Shown: in pieces, positions 23,895 through 35,252 of the stretch | Numbering within the stretch: the first letter of the stretch is position 1 | How the letters are laid out: every line of letters starts with the position of its first letter | DNA from: Guillardia theta CCMP2712 | Taxonomy: Eukaryota; Protista; Cryptophyta | Length of the DNA: 45,052 nucleotides | NCBI RefSeq assembly: GCF_000315625.1 | Contig: NW_005434623.1 | Span: forward strand, 336,458-381,509 | Reading direction: 5' to 3' | The notes under the pieces: model-generated | Database searches by the model: none | Told to the model about the DNA's origin: nothing | Seen by the model: the letters and a program-made list of their open reading frames with translations, nothing else | Position numbers and translations under genes: made by a program

Positions 23895-24730
23895 CCCGGA
23901 CGCGACTTACACTAAGTTACGGGCGCCTGAGTTAGGCTCCGAGGCTCAGGCCGCACTGGGGGCTCCCGGCTCGGAGGGAGGTCACCAGTGGTGTAGCCTG
24001 GGCGAGTACAGTTATTAATGATAGTGACTTACTAACTAACTATATTGACGTATCCGATCAGTGTAGAGTCACGTTGCAACTCACTGACGTTCGGAGTCAA
24101 AGACCGTGATCGGATCGGACGACGGGTCACCGGGTAGCCACCCCCCCGGGCCGCGGGCCAGCGGCCGCCGGGCAGCCTGGCAGCGGGGCCGCGTTGCAAG
24201 TTGGGCCCGGCCCGGATCGGACCGGGACTCGGACCCGGACAAAGGACTCCCGGCGAGCCTGGAGGGCCGAGAGCTTTCACTGAGTCAAGATCTCACAGGA
24301 AAGCCTTGAACTTGCCAGTTGAAGTCACTAGCTAGGGAAGGCCGGGTCGGATGCCCTATACCGCCACTTCTGATAACACTTGAACCGTTACAAAATCCGT
24401 TATGTCGCTAGGTTTGACCAGTCTTCTCATCACTACTGATCAGAAGTTTGAGTCAGGGTAGTTCCTGTGGCACTACCGGTAGTACTCTCATGCTAACCAG
24501 GGGTCACCTAGGACCTCCCGAGTCTGCCCTTCAATGGGGCTCCTGCTTGGGCTAACCAACGGTGGTATGGTAGGGGTTCATCAGTGTTGATTACCAGGGG
24601 TGGGAGTGATAGAAATACCTGGTTCCGCCGTACTTCCAACGATCACAGGGTGGGGTAGTGAAGAGTGCCAGGGGTAGAGTGCTAGAGTGGTGTAGCCTGG
24701 GGGGGGTGGAGGGGTGGGGGGGTTGGGAAA
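23895..24730 (+). promoter_or_regulatory. Bipartite intergenic element in the opposite orientation: GC block then GGGTAG block
   Basis: GC-rich palindromic tracts at 23895-24350; gggtag/ggggtggg motifs at 24455-24730; lies upstream of actin. Confidence 0.5.
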
Positions 24731-25314
24731 GGCGGGGAAGATGCGTACGTCAGCGCTGTGACGCGGAGGAGGAGGGAGGGTAGAAAGGAGGGAGGGAGAG
24801 GGAAGAGCGACAAAGAGGTAGAGAGAGAGAGAAGAGACAAGAGAGAGATGAAGTTTGAATGATGAAAGCTAGAGTCGTGGAGATATCATGAGAGATTGAA
24901 AGGTCTCAGGAGTTGGCAAGAGCCATTGAAATATTTTCAAATTGATGGATTGCTGCAATGATAGATGGGTACGGCAATAATCATTCTTCCAGAAGGAAAG
25001 ATATGCTGGCATGCTGAATAGCAATTCTCAAATGCGAGAAAGCTTAAATTTAAACACAGCTTTCCTTTGATGGGAATTAATCGATTCAATTTATTTGCAT
25101 GACTCTACAAAATGATACGTCCTGCCAAATCCAGCCTAAAATCAAGTGAATGCATGTAGATATTGTACAGGAGCAAACGTTATAAGACATTTCATCGCAA
25201 GATTTTGCTATGACGATGGAAACGATACCTCAGCTAAAATATAAAATTCCTCACTCACCTAACAGCAAAACTAAGTCCCATACTGAGCAAAAGAATACTG
25301 ATTGCTTCTTGCAG

Positions 25315-27162
25315 ATGTCAGGATCTGAATCTGAAGGTGAAAATGAAGAAGTCGGAAGGCCAGTGGTAAGCGGATACAAGAGATAAGGTCTGCCAACCTG
25401 ATTTGTTTCGTTTTCAAGGTCATCGACAATGGAACCGGGAGAATCAAAGCTGGATATGCAGACGATGAAGCTCCTCGAGTCGTATTTCCCAATGTGATTG
25501 GAAGGCCCAAGCAGAAAGGTTGTTGTGCCCTTGCTTGCTTGCCCATCTCATCTACTGCACAGGGGTGATGGTGGGAGCCGGACAATCCAACGCCTACTAC
25601 GGAGACGAGGCGATGGGCAAGCGAGGCATCCTGACGCTCAAATACCCGATAGAGGTGAGCGAAGAGCCTCACAGCTGCTCGGCTGACTCGTCGGCGTAGC
25701 ATGGCGTCGTAAGCAACTGGGATGATATGGAAAAGATCTGGTGGGACTCACTTGGCCGTGCCTCCCCCCTGCTTACTCCCTGACAGGAGACATACCATCT
25801 ACAACGAGCTCCGCGTCTTGCCCGACGAGCATCCCATCCTAGTCACTGAGGCACCGCTCAACCCTAAGGTCAACCGCGAGAAGGTATCAGCAGCCATGAC
25901 ATCATGACAAGCCCGGGTGATGTCCTCCTGCAGATGTGCGAGATTTTCTTCGAGACCTTCAACGTCCCTGCATTTTATGTTGCAGTACAAGCAGTGATGT
26001 CCCTCTATTCCTCAGGGAGGACAACAGGCATCGTGAGTGATGTTTTTTGCTCCATTGTGAGGCTTTCTGATTTTGTTTTGCATGTTTGTTCAGGTCTTTG
26101 ACTCTGGTGACGGTGTCTCCCACACTGTTCCTATCTATGAAGGATACGCACTCCCCCATGCAATCTTGAGGCTTGACCTTGCTGGGCGTGATCTTACCGA
26201 ATACATGTGCAAGCTGCTGTCTGAGAGGTTGATCGCGACGATGCTTGTACTCATCGTTGAGGTCCACCTTGCAGAGGATACAGCTTCACAACATCCGCAG
26301 AGAAGGAAATTGCCAGGGACATCAAAGAGAAGCTGTGTTATGTGAGATTGCATGCCTCGAGGGTTTGTGTGATCACCCATATTGCACTTCAGGTTGCTCT
26401 GGATTTCGAAGAAGAGATGAAGAAAGCAGCAACCTCTAATGATTGCGAAGTCTCATATGAGATGCCCGATGGACAGGTCAAGCCCTATTGCTGCTCTACT
26501 TCTGCGGATCTTATGCGTGTGTTACAGGTCATCACGATCGGAAACGAGAGGTTCCGGTGCCCCGAAGCCTTGTTCAACCCGGCTGTACGCAAGGCAATGG
26601 AACATGCGGGGTATTCTTATAATTTCCAGGTCCTCGGCCTAGAAGCCAGCGGGATCCACGAAATGACTTACAATAGGTGATGTCTCTCCTGCGGCATATG
26701 ATTCTCTGCCGCCTTACCTTGCTTATCAGCATCATGAAGTGCGATGTCGACATCAGGAAGGACTTGTACTCCAACATCGTTATCTCAGGTTTAGCTTGCT
26801 TCTCTGCCACTGTGACTCTGATGTGAGACCGTAGGCGGCACAACCATGTACAAAGGCTTGCCTGAAAGGATGCAGAAGGAGATCACCAACATGGCTCCTC
26901 CTACAATGAAGGTTTGAGCCAAACAATGTCCTGGCAGGCTGAGGCTCATCCGCCTATCTCTTAACAGGTCAAGACTGTCGCTCCAGAGGAGCGTCAGTAC
27001 TCCGTGTTTGTTGGCGCAGCGATCCTCGCTTCCTTGACCACGTGAGAGTTTAGCAGCAAAGTAGGCTCCTGTCTGACTCTGACCAGGTTCCAACAAATGT
27101 GGATCAGCATAGATGAGTACAAGGACAGCGGGAAAGCCGTGGTACATCGGAAGTGCTTCTGA
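25315..27162 (+). CDS. ACT: Divergent actin, 15 coding exons and 14 short introns
   Basis: [20 protein letters not shown]|[85 protein letters not shown]. Confidence 0.95.
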
Positions 27163-27489
27163 AGTGGAGGAAACGTTTGTTTAGCAATCGACAGATTTAT
27201 CTATTTTACAGTGAGGTATTGAGACATCAACACAGTGCAAAAGAATAAAAGAGAGGATGGCAATGAAGCTCGAGCACACGCAGATCATTCAGGTACTTGG
27301 GAGACCTTGCTGAACACCTGGTGGAATTTCATATCTTTGGGCTCCAACGTCTGAGGTATCGGGTGAGAAGTTATAGCCGACTTAGAGAGGCCTGACCTGA
27401 GAAGAGGGGATATATCCTGAGTAGTGGAACTCGTCGGGTGAAAGATACAGGAACCTGCTCGCGAATGTTTAGGAAATACTCACAACATC

Positions 27490-28739
27490 TCACGAGATAA
27501 AGTTGCTGATAGAGAATGAAAGGAGGAAGGTACACGAAGGGAAAGGGCACCTGCTGTGGCAGCACTCGAGACGATTGCCGTTCTCCTTGAGCTTGAGCTC
27601 GAGGATTCGAAATTCATCATCGCAGCAGTCAAAGTCAAGTTCCCATGCCGTGAAGGACCCTGAGGACCCATCGGCTACCATGGCGAAGTTGTTGGAGAAG
27701 TTTATGTCCAGAGCCAGCTGCCAGTCTGTTGCATGCGAGCCAAAGAGGACGGGAAGTTTCAGACGGAAGTAAATCTGCAAGGAAATCTCGGAGCTCGATC
27801 TGTGTGTCACCCGGCACCACAACTGGATCATGCGAAGGACGACGCCGGATCGTCGAATGATCTTCATCTCATGCAGTAGTTGATCGACAAGATCTGATTT
27901 CTGGTGGAGACTGAGGAAATGGGCGATGGTCCCGTACCATCCCACACACGTCGATCCTAAGGAAGAGGATAACAGACTGCAGATCTCTAGCGGGCAGCTC
28001 GAGGAGCAAATCTCCTCGAACTGAAAACACCTCTCAAAGTCACCGCCTCGCCTGCTCCCTCCCCCCAGCGGTGGAGACCTGGGCAAGCACAGAGAAGTGC
28101 ATGGTTCTATGAAGATGAAGCCTCTCTTGCTATCTGCTGCTGAGCAGAAGAGCGAGCATCTGCTGCCACAGAACCCTCCGTTCCCCGAGAACCGCAGGAT
28201 TTCTGTCTCCATCCAGAACCTTCCATCTTGATGATCCAGCATGCGGAGGAGGGCAGTGATCCTCCCCTGCTCCATAGGGTGGATGAGGTGCAGGAGGCTG
28301 TAGCCCTGTGGTCCCTTGAAAGGCAGCTTTCCTAGAAAGCGGAGCATGCCGTCGTTCGCATCTTCCACCCGCAGAGTGCTCCTGTCGAAGACCAGCATGC
28401 TTTCTGTCCTGCACGACAACATCCCTCGCCGGATGGTCTCATTTCTCAGTGCTGCCTCCGGTTCTCTCGTCGTCCGCGGCTCCTGGCAACGATGTCAGCA
28501 GCTCCCCAACTCAACGAGACACAACTCCATACCTTCTTCACGTGCTTTACAGGAGACATGAGCGACTTCGTGTAGCTTACAAGGTCATGCAGCAACTGGG
28601 TCACGGTCCTCCCTGACCGAAGTTTCCCACCGTCTGGCTCCGAGTACACCGGCACCAGCTCGTCCAGTGTCACATGCAGGAGCCTCGTTCGGCTCCTTTG
28701 TGCTCGTTTTCGCAGGGGCTTTCTTTCTTTCCTGGTCAT
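27490..28739 (-). CDS. bHLH-PAS-like transcription factor; 3' end uncertain
   Basis: Basic-helix segment RKPLRKRAQRSRTRLLHVTLDELVP...RTVTQLLHDL; PAS-like MLVFDRSTLRVEDANDGMLRFLG...GYSLLHLIHPMEQGRI. Confidence 0.65.
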
Positions 28740-28848
28740 GCTGGAACAGGCGTGAGAGGCGTGCAGCAGACAGTCTAGATTGGAGCAAAGTGAAGGAGCT
28801 AAACAGAAAACTGAACTGTTCATATAGCCACACCTGCGATGTATACTT

Positions 28849-28926
28849 TCATAGCCATACCTGCGACATATACTGGCGTTCGATGTGTACTGTTAACGCC
28901 AGTATACATCACAGGTATGGCTATGA
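28849..28926 (-). other. 32-bp-arm inverted repeat (hairpin) with a 14-nt loop
   Basis: Arms 28849-28880 and 28895-28926 are reverse complements at 29 of 32 positions. Confidence 0.9.
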
Positions 28927-29398
28927 TTTCTTCAAGGAATCTTCTGTCTATCACCCGCAGCATCCATATGTCTATTCGAGATCATGACCATGCACACTGT
29001 ACTCGTGTTATCGCGGCCATCGATAGATGGTGCGTCAATGCATGATCATGCATGGCGCGTTCCTTAAGGTATTTCTGGAGTATGTTACATCACAACGCGA
29101 TTCATGAACTCTCTGAATATGCTGGCTCGGGCTACTGCCTGACCTCTTCCTCCACCTATGACTCCTTCTCTCCCCCGTTCTCTGATCCTTCGCTCCCATT
29201 TTCCATATTTTTTTCTTATGTGCGCACTCCCGCATGTTTCGGAGAGTCGATGTCCAGCCGAGGTGCAATGGGGGTTAAGTGGGTTAGAGGGTGGGTAGTC
29301 GTGGTTTTAAAATTGTTGTTTGGGCTCAAGGCAGGGTGGTCAGTTTGCATGCGGAAGGTAGTGGACTCATATATGACAAAGGGCTAGGGGAAGATAAA

Positions 29399-32300
29399 AT
29401 GCAGAAGCAAGCTAGAAGGATGAAGAGCAAGGTGATGAACCAGGGACTTGATACCCAACGAGATCTGAATCCCTACATCTACATCTGAATGCTGTGTGCT
29501 GCTTGCTGTCTAGGGTTTCATCAACTACTTTGGCCTCCAGCGTTTCGGAACTGGGTCCGTCCCTTCGGTCAGCCCATGTTCTAAGATGGGAGGGAGGATC
29601 TTGATGCTTGTGGGGGGCGGGACAGGCTGAGGTCGGGAAATGGATCATCTTACGAGAGTGGGAGAAGGCAGTGGAGGTAACGCTGCTATGCAGTACCCGT
29701 GCGATGGTGGTGATGAAGATGAGGCTGCTGGTGGTGGTGGTAGAGAGGGAGGAGGAGGTGGTGGTGGTTGGGGGGGGGGGTGGAAAAGGTAGAGGAGCAG
29801 GAGCAGGAGGAGATGATGATGACTGTACTTGAGTGATCGCTGACTCGACCCGTCCAGGTCATCATGGATCCAGCAACAGCGAAAGATCCTGGGGAGAGGA
29901 GGGCCAAGGTCTGATCCAGAGCGCTTACGGGAGAAGCTGATACTTCCATGATCCCTTCAAGGTTAAGTACAAAGAGAATGGAAACGCCGGCATTGCGCTC
30001 TCGAGGATGCCTCCGTTTGCAAAGAGCGAGACTGCGATCTTGCGAGAGGTGAAGAGCAAGGGAGCAGAGAGAAGAGGAGGGAGACGAGAGATGAGGTCTA
30101 GTAGACGACGTGAAAGGAAGAAGAGAGTGTCTGGTCTCTGATGTGCTCTTATGGGTCATTGGTGCTCGGTTCTGCTGGGGACGAGCAGCTTGCGAAAGGA
30201 GGCGGTCACAAGGAAGCGATCTTCAGTCTGAGCAACAGGAACATGTAGGAGGACGCGAGAGGTGGGGAGGAGCTGACGTGGTCATGCAGGTATGCGTCAA
30301 GCTTTGAGAGCTTGTTATGGAACATGGCAGCGACGCGACGGGTGAGAAGCAAATCGGGAAGAGATTCGTTGCTTGAGAGATACAGAGAGACGGTAGCGGG
30401 CTGTTTTACGGTAGAGTAGATCCTGAGCGGGTAAACCAGAAGTTGTTCATAAGGAAAGAGACGATTGTAGAGGTACTAGAGGGATGGGTGAGACTGTAGG
30501 ACTGCAGCGAGGGGCGGGAGGGAGAACCTTTAACGTTCTAATGAGCATTCCCGTACCATCTCGATTACGGACGCTGACATCATCAAGACTCAAGTTCCCA
30601 GGTCATTAAGGCTTAACTTGGCTCTGTTGCAGATCGAGCTCTACGGCTCCAAAGAAGTCGCAGCGGGAGACCTGGTCTTGCTGACGGATGCTCGGGGATA
30701 CACGCAGAAGCGAAACATGGGGAGAAAGAATCAATACCTGGTGCTGCCTGTTGCGATGACTTTTGTCGCCGCTCTAAGAGAGATTGTTATGGTGGAGCTC
30801 ATGTAAATGGTTATGGTGTAGCTCATGTAAACGAGGATGGAGATGATGAGGAGGATGAAGATGATGCTGATGGCTGAGATGAGGAGGAGGAGAAGATTGT
30901 TCAGGTTGCGGATTTCTTTTTCTGTTGGGATGTGAGTACCGATAGACGCCGAGAAGAAGTTAAGAGAGTAGCGATGGCAGCATGAGATCAAAGCAATTGC
31001 GAGGGGCTCAATTGTGTTCTGCTGATTGGGGTGTCAGTTCCATGCAACAGAGGGCGATGTCAAGCTTAAGAGGTACAGCATTTCGCAGGTATGCGCGTCA
31101 GACATGCTTGAGTCCTTCACTTGTGATGTCTATGTTTGTCTTGCTTTCACACTCGCTGCCGTTAGTCAGTGTGACGATCGATGTGAATGTTCCTTTGATG
31201 GGGGTACTGAGTTTGTTGACAAAAACATTTTGTTGTGTCTCCTTGGAACGCAATTCCTTTTCTTCCTGCTTGATCCTTTCCTTCCCCATGTTCTCCTCCT
31301 CCTCCTCCTCCTCCTCCTTCTCCTCGTCCTCCTCCTCTTCCTCATTCGTTTGCTCTCTTTGCCTCTCGTCACTTCTCCACCTCCCTGCTCCTTCAACCCC
31401 CCCTCCCGTCTCCAGGAACTCATCGCCCTGACGAGAGAATGTCTCCAGGTCGTCATTCCCATCCCCTACGCTCACTGTCCCTGCCCCTTCCCCTCCCATC
31501 AGGTCTGGTTGCGTGCGTCTGCCTTGCAGTGACGAAAAGCAGGTGCGGCAGGAGGTCGAGAAGTATTTGGAGGAGGAGGAGGGAGGAGCGTCGCGGGTGT
31601 TCTGTCTCGAGTCACTTCCTGCTGGGGGGGTTGTTCGTCGACCTGGTCAGACGGACTGGGAGGAGAACGAAGGAGGAAGAGAGCAGGAGGAGTGCAGGGG
31701 AGACGAGGGGAGGCTCGGGGAAAGGCGGGGAGGCGGATGGGAGCAGGGAAACAGGAGGATTGCTCTACGGAGCTTGATCACGATCCCGAGGAACTTTTCG
31801 ATGGAGCTGATGAGCTACAAGGACGATCGTCACCTGACAAGCGTCTTGTGCTCGAGAGCGCCGGACAAGGTGAGAGGAGGAGAGGAGGAGAGGAGGAAAA
31901 GAAATAGAGGCGAGGAGGGTCGAGAGAAGTAGAGCCTGAGATCGGTCTTGCTGATAGTCTCTGATCTATTGGGTGTTGTTCTCTTGTTTCTTTTGAGCTG
32001 CGGCAGCTGCTGCTCTTGTTGCTGGTGCTTGTGCTGAGCTTGCTGATCTGTTGCCCTTGTCCTCAAAGCTTGTCGCAGATTGAAACCTCTCCCTCCTTGC
32101 TGGTGCACAGAGCCGAGGATGCTGGGGGAGCCTTTCTTGCTGCTCGCGTCTCCTTCGTCCTTCCGTCCAACTCATACGCCACGGTAAGTCTCACGCACAC
32201 AAACGTCACCACCATCATCATTTGTTACATTGCCGCCATGATTTGTGAGCACCATGCATGTTTTTCTCCTTGTGTTTATGTATCATCTCCTTGGATCTCC

Positions 32301-32507
32301 TACTTGTTGCTCTGTTTGATCACCAATCCCACCAAAACAGTCATAGTTCTCACATCGATCTGGTCATATCACTCCTCTCCATCATCATCAATCTCACATC
32401 ATCCCCATCCGTCTATCATCATCGTCATGCTCTCGGTGCAGGTTCTCTTGCGAGAGTTTCTCTCCTGCCGCCTCGAGAGGCTGTCGGGCATGGAGGAGGC
32501 GGTCTAG
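29399..32507 (+). CDS. PUS7/TruD-like pseudouridine synthase, apparently C-terminal portion only
   Basis: Exon at 29514 reads GFINYFGLQRFG; then EVGKWIILREWEKAVE, KRYSISQ, LITIPRNFSMELMSYKD, and C-terminal VSFVLPSNSYAT|VLLREFL (TruD FxLPxxxYATxxLRE motif). Confidence 0.72.
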
Positions 32508-32642
32508 CCTCCCTCAAGTCTCATCGGGTAATGTCGTTTACTCTTCTTAGTTCAGCTGTCTCGGCATCTAGCACTGCCGGCAACCCTCTACCCCCGGACA
32601 GTCCTCGCAGTTTCTTGCCCCTTGACTCATAGAGTAAGTCTC

Positions 32643-34647
32643 CTAGCTCGGTTTGATCTTTCGGTGCATCCCCAGCTCTGACGCCAGCCCCCATGCCCGA
32701 AACGTCTCGCTGCGTCCCCCCGTCAGCCTCTCGCCTCCCCGCCTCTCTTCCTTCTCCTCCCCCTCTTCCTCGACCTCCTCCCTCACCTCGTCTCGTTGTA
32801 GATGAAGCAGTACGCGTCCGTCGCCCCCGCCCCGCTCCCCTGCAGCATGTCAGCGTCAGCGCGTCAGCTTGCTCCTCGACGCGTCTCATGCGCAGACGTG
32901 TACCTGCGCGCAGGCGTGGCCGTACTGGCAGACCCACACCTCCTCGTCGTCGGTCATGAGCTTGCCGAGGCCTCCTGCGACCCGCGGGGTGAGGTCAGAG
33001 CGTGAGGCGATGCGGGGGAGGAGGGGTACCGGTGATGTATGGCGAGGGCTGGTCGGAGGGGTCGAGCAAGGTGCCGGCGATGGAGGGCCAGGATGCGGTG
33101 AGGGAGCAGGAGGCAGGCGAAGGTGGGGGAGGAAAAGAGGAATTGGAAGGAGAAGAAGCGTTGGAAGAAGAAGAGCCAGGGCAGACGGTCTCATTGACAC
33201 ATGTTGGAAGCCCTGGATGTGGCATGCTGCCGCCGGGCCAGGAAGGGTTGTAGCAGGTGATCAGGCTGTTGCCGTAGACATTCAACGACCAGAGGGAGGG
33301 AAGAGAAGCGAAGGCGTCAGAGGAGATGCATTCCAGCTTGTTGTCGCCGAGATTGAGGGACTTGAGGCTTTGGAGGCCGTCGAAGACACCCGCGGAGATG
33401 CTGGTCAGCCGATTGCTATTGAGACTCAGACTCTCCAAGGTTGATAGGGTGCTTGTGAAGATTCCAGGTGGAAGTTCTGTGATTCGATTGTTGGCGAGTT
33501 CAAGGAAATATAGTTTTGACAGCCCGTTGAAGACTCCGAGAGGCAGACTAGTCAGCTGATTGTTGTGTGAGAGGGAGAGATAATTTAAACTGGAAAGGCG
33601 GCTGAACATGTTTGTCTGCAGTTTCAACTCAACATTGCCGGACATCATCAAATGCTTGAGCCCTGGCATCTGGTTAAACACTCCATTAGGTAGCTGCTGC
33701 ACTGCTTGCAAATTGTTATAAATAGACAACACTGTCAAGTTGCTGAGTACAGAAATATCCTCTTGGAACAGCAAGGTCAGAGAGCTTGCATCAATTGTTA
33801 GCTCGGACAAGCTTGAGAGCCCACTGAACACGCCTGGAAGAAGGCTGCTCAACGGGTTTGACAACAGGTTTAGAACCTTCAAGCTCGAGAGATCTTGAAA
33901 AATATGATCAGGAATTGTTGTCAGCTGGTTCCATTCCAGAGTAACTTGTTCTAGGCTCGTCAACCCGTCAAACAAATTTAATGGCAGGCTTTCAAGCTCA
34001 TTATGGCCTAGATTTAAAAACTTCAAGCTTGACAATCCGTTGAAGACTCCAGCAGGTAATTCTTTGACATGATTATTAGAGAGGGTAAGGGTAACTAGCT
34101 TTGACAACCCGTTGAAGACTCCCAGTGGTAGACTAGTCAACTGATTGTATGAAAGGTACAGCTCCTCTAAGCTGGAAAGGCCATCGAACATATCCTCGAA
34201 CATAAATGCATCGTTTATGTTCGTGAACACGATGGATACCAGACCTGCCATCTGGCTGAACACCCCCTTGGGTAGCTGCAGAGCCGGGTCACGATAGTTA
34301 TTGACATACAATTCAGTCAGATTCCTGAGCACAGAGATATCATCTCGAAACAGCAAGGCCAGCGCATTTGCGTCGATTCCAAGTTGGATCAAGTTTGAGA
34401 GCCCTGTAAACACTCCAGCAGCGAGAACATCAAGTCCATTATCGGAGATCCACAAGTAATGTAAGTTTGAGAGTCCATTGAAGACTCCTGCAGGCAGGCT
34501 AGTAAGCTGATTTGTGTTGAGATAAAGTTCGGTCAGGCCCGGCATGTCGTCGAACGCTCCTGCCGAGATGTTCTTCAAGCCGGATACTCCGAAATACAAG
34601 GTACTGCAGTCAGTCTGGCAGCTTCCTGTTCTTGAGAGTGCGTTCAT
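32643..34647 (-). CDS. LRR protein copy A, about 19 LRRs; lacks the signal peptide (5'-truncated, possibly a pseudogene)
   Basis: 24-aa LxxLxLxxNxLxxLPxGxFxG repeats in a single exon, Cys cap, Ser/Pro linker and three small 3' exons shared with copy B. Confidence 0.8.
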
Positions 34648-34724
34648 AACAGCAGAGGCTGGATCCCCGGAGATCCCAGAGGATAAAGATGCCGATCAGA
34701 TAATTGCATCCTGCTCAAGTTGTG

Positions 34725-35005
34725 TTTGACTGGCCGGGCTGACCGGCATTGGCCCGGGAAGATCTCAGTGCGGCGCGGCAGGGGGCCAGGCCCTGAGGGC
34801 AGACGATTTCGAGTATCCACTCAGAGGCCGCAGGGGTAGGGTAATAGTGATAACGGACAGGTAGCTGGGGTCTCTGTCGCTTCTTATGATCAATAAGTAG
34901 AGCCCCGATACTGCTGCAGGTCAACTTATATATCTGCAGGGGTTGCTACGGTGACCGCCGGGCTCACGGTGCGGCGGAAAGGCCAGCAGCACCCGCGGCA
35001 CACTC
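34725..35005 (+). promoter_or_regulatory. GC hairpin / GGGGTAGGG intergenic-type element between the LRR copies
   Basis: ggccggg and ggcccggg tracts, ggggtagggt near 34833, and short inverted repeats (ggggtctct..agagcccc; ccgccg..cggcgg). Confidence 0.4.
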
Positions 35006-35252
35006 GTTTCTGACAGCTGCCTCAGTATGATCGCAACCAACACACTGTCAGCGTTTACTCAAAGTACACTACACAACCACTGGACTGAAGGGTTTGCAAC
35101 AGCCAGACTCGCCTGCCGTGGGTTCATTTATCACAAGAGCAGGCAGGCTCGGCCATGGACTAGTCGGGCAACAGACACCGAAGAGGAAGCAGTGGTTGCC
35201 CCAATCTCCTCAACATCACGTGGAAGTCCATCTCAGTTCCAGTCTTCGTCCG

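Noticed and set aside
32521-32937. Independent 138-aa ORF
   Set aside because: It overlaps the introns and exons of the LRR copy A tail in another frame and has a non-ATG start.
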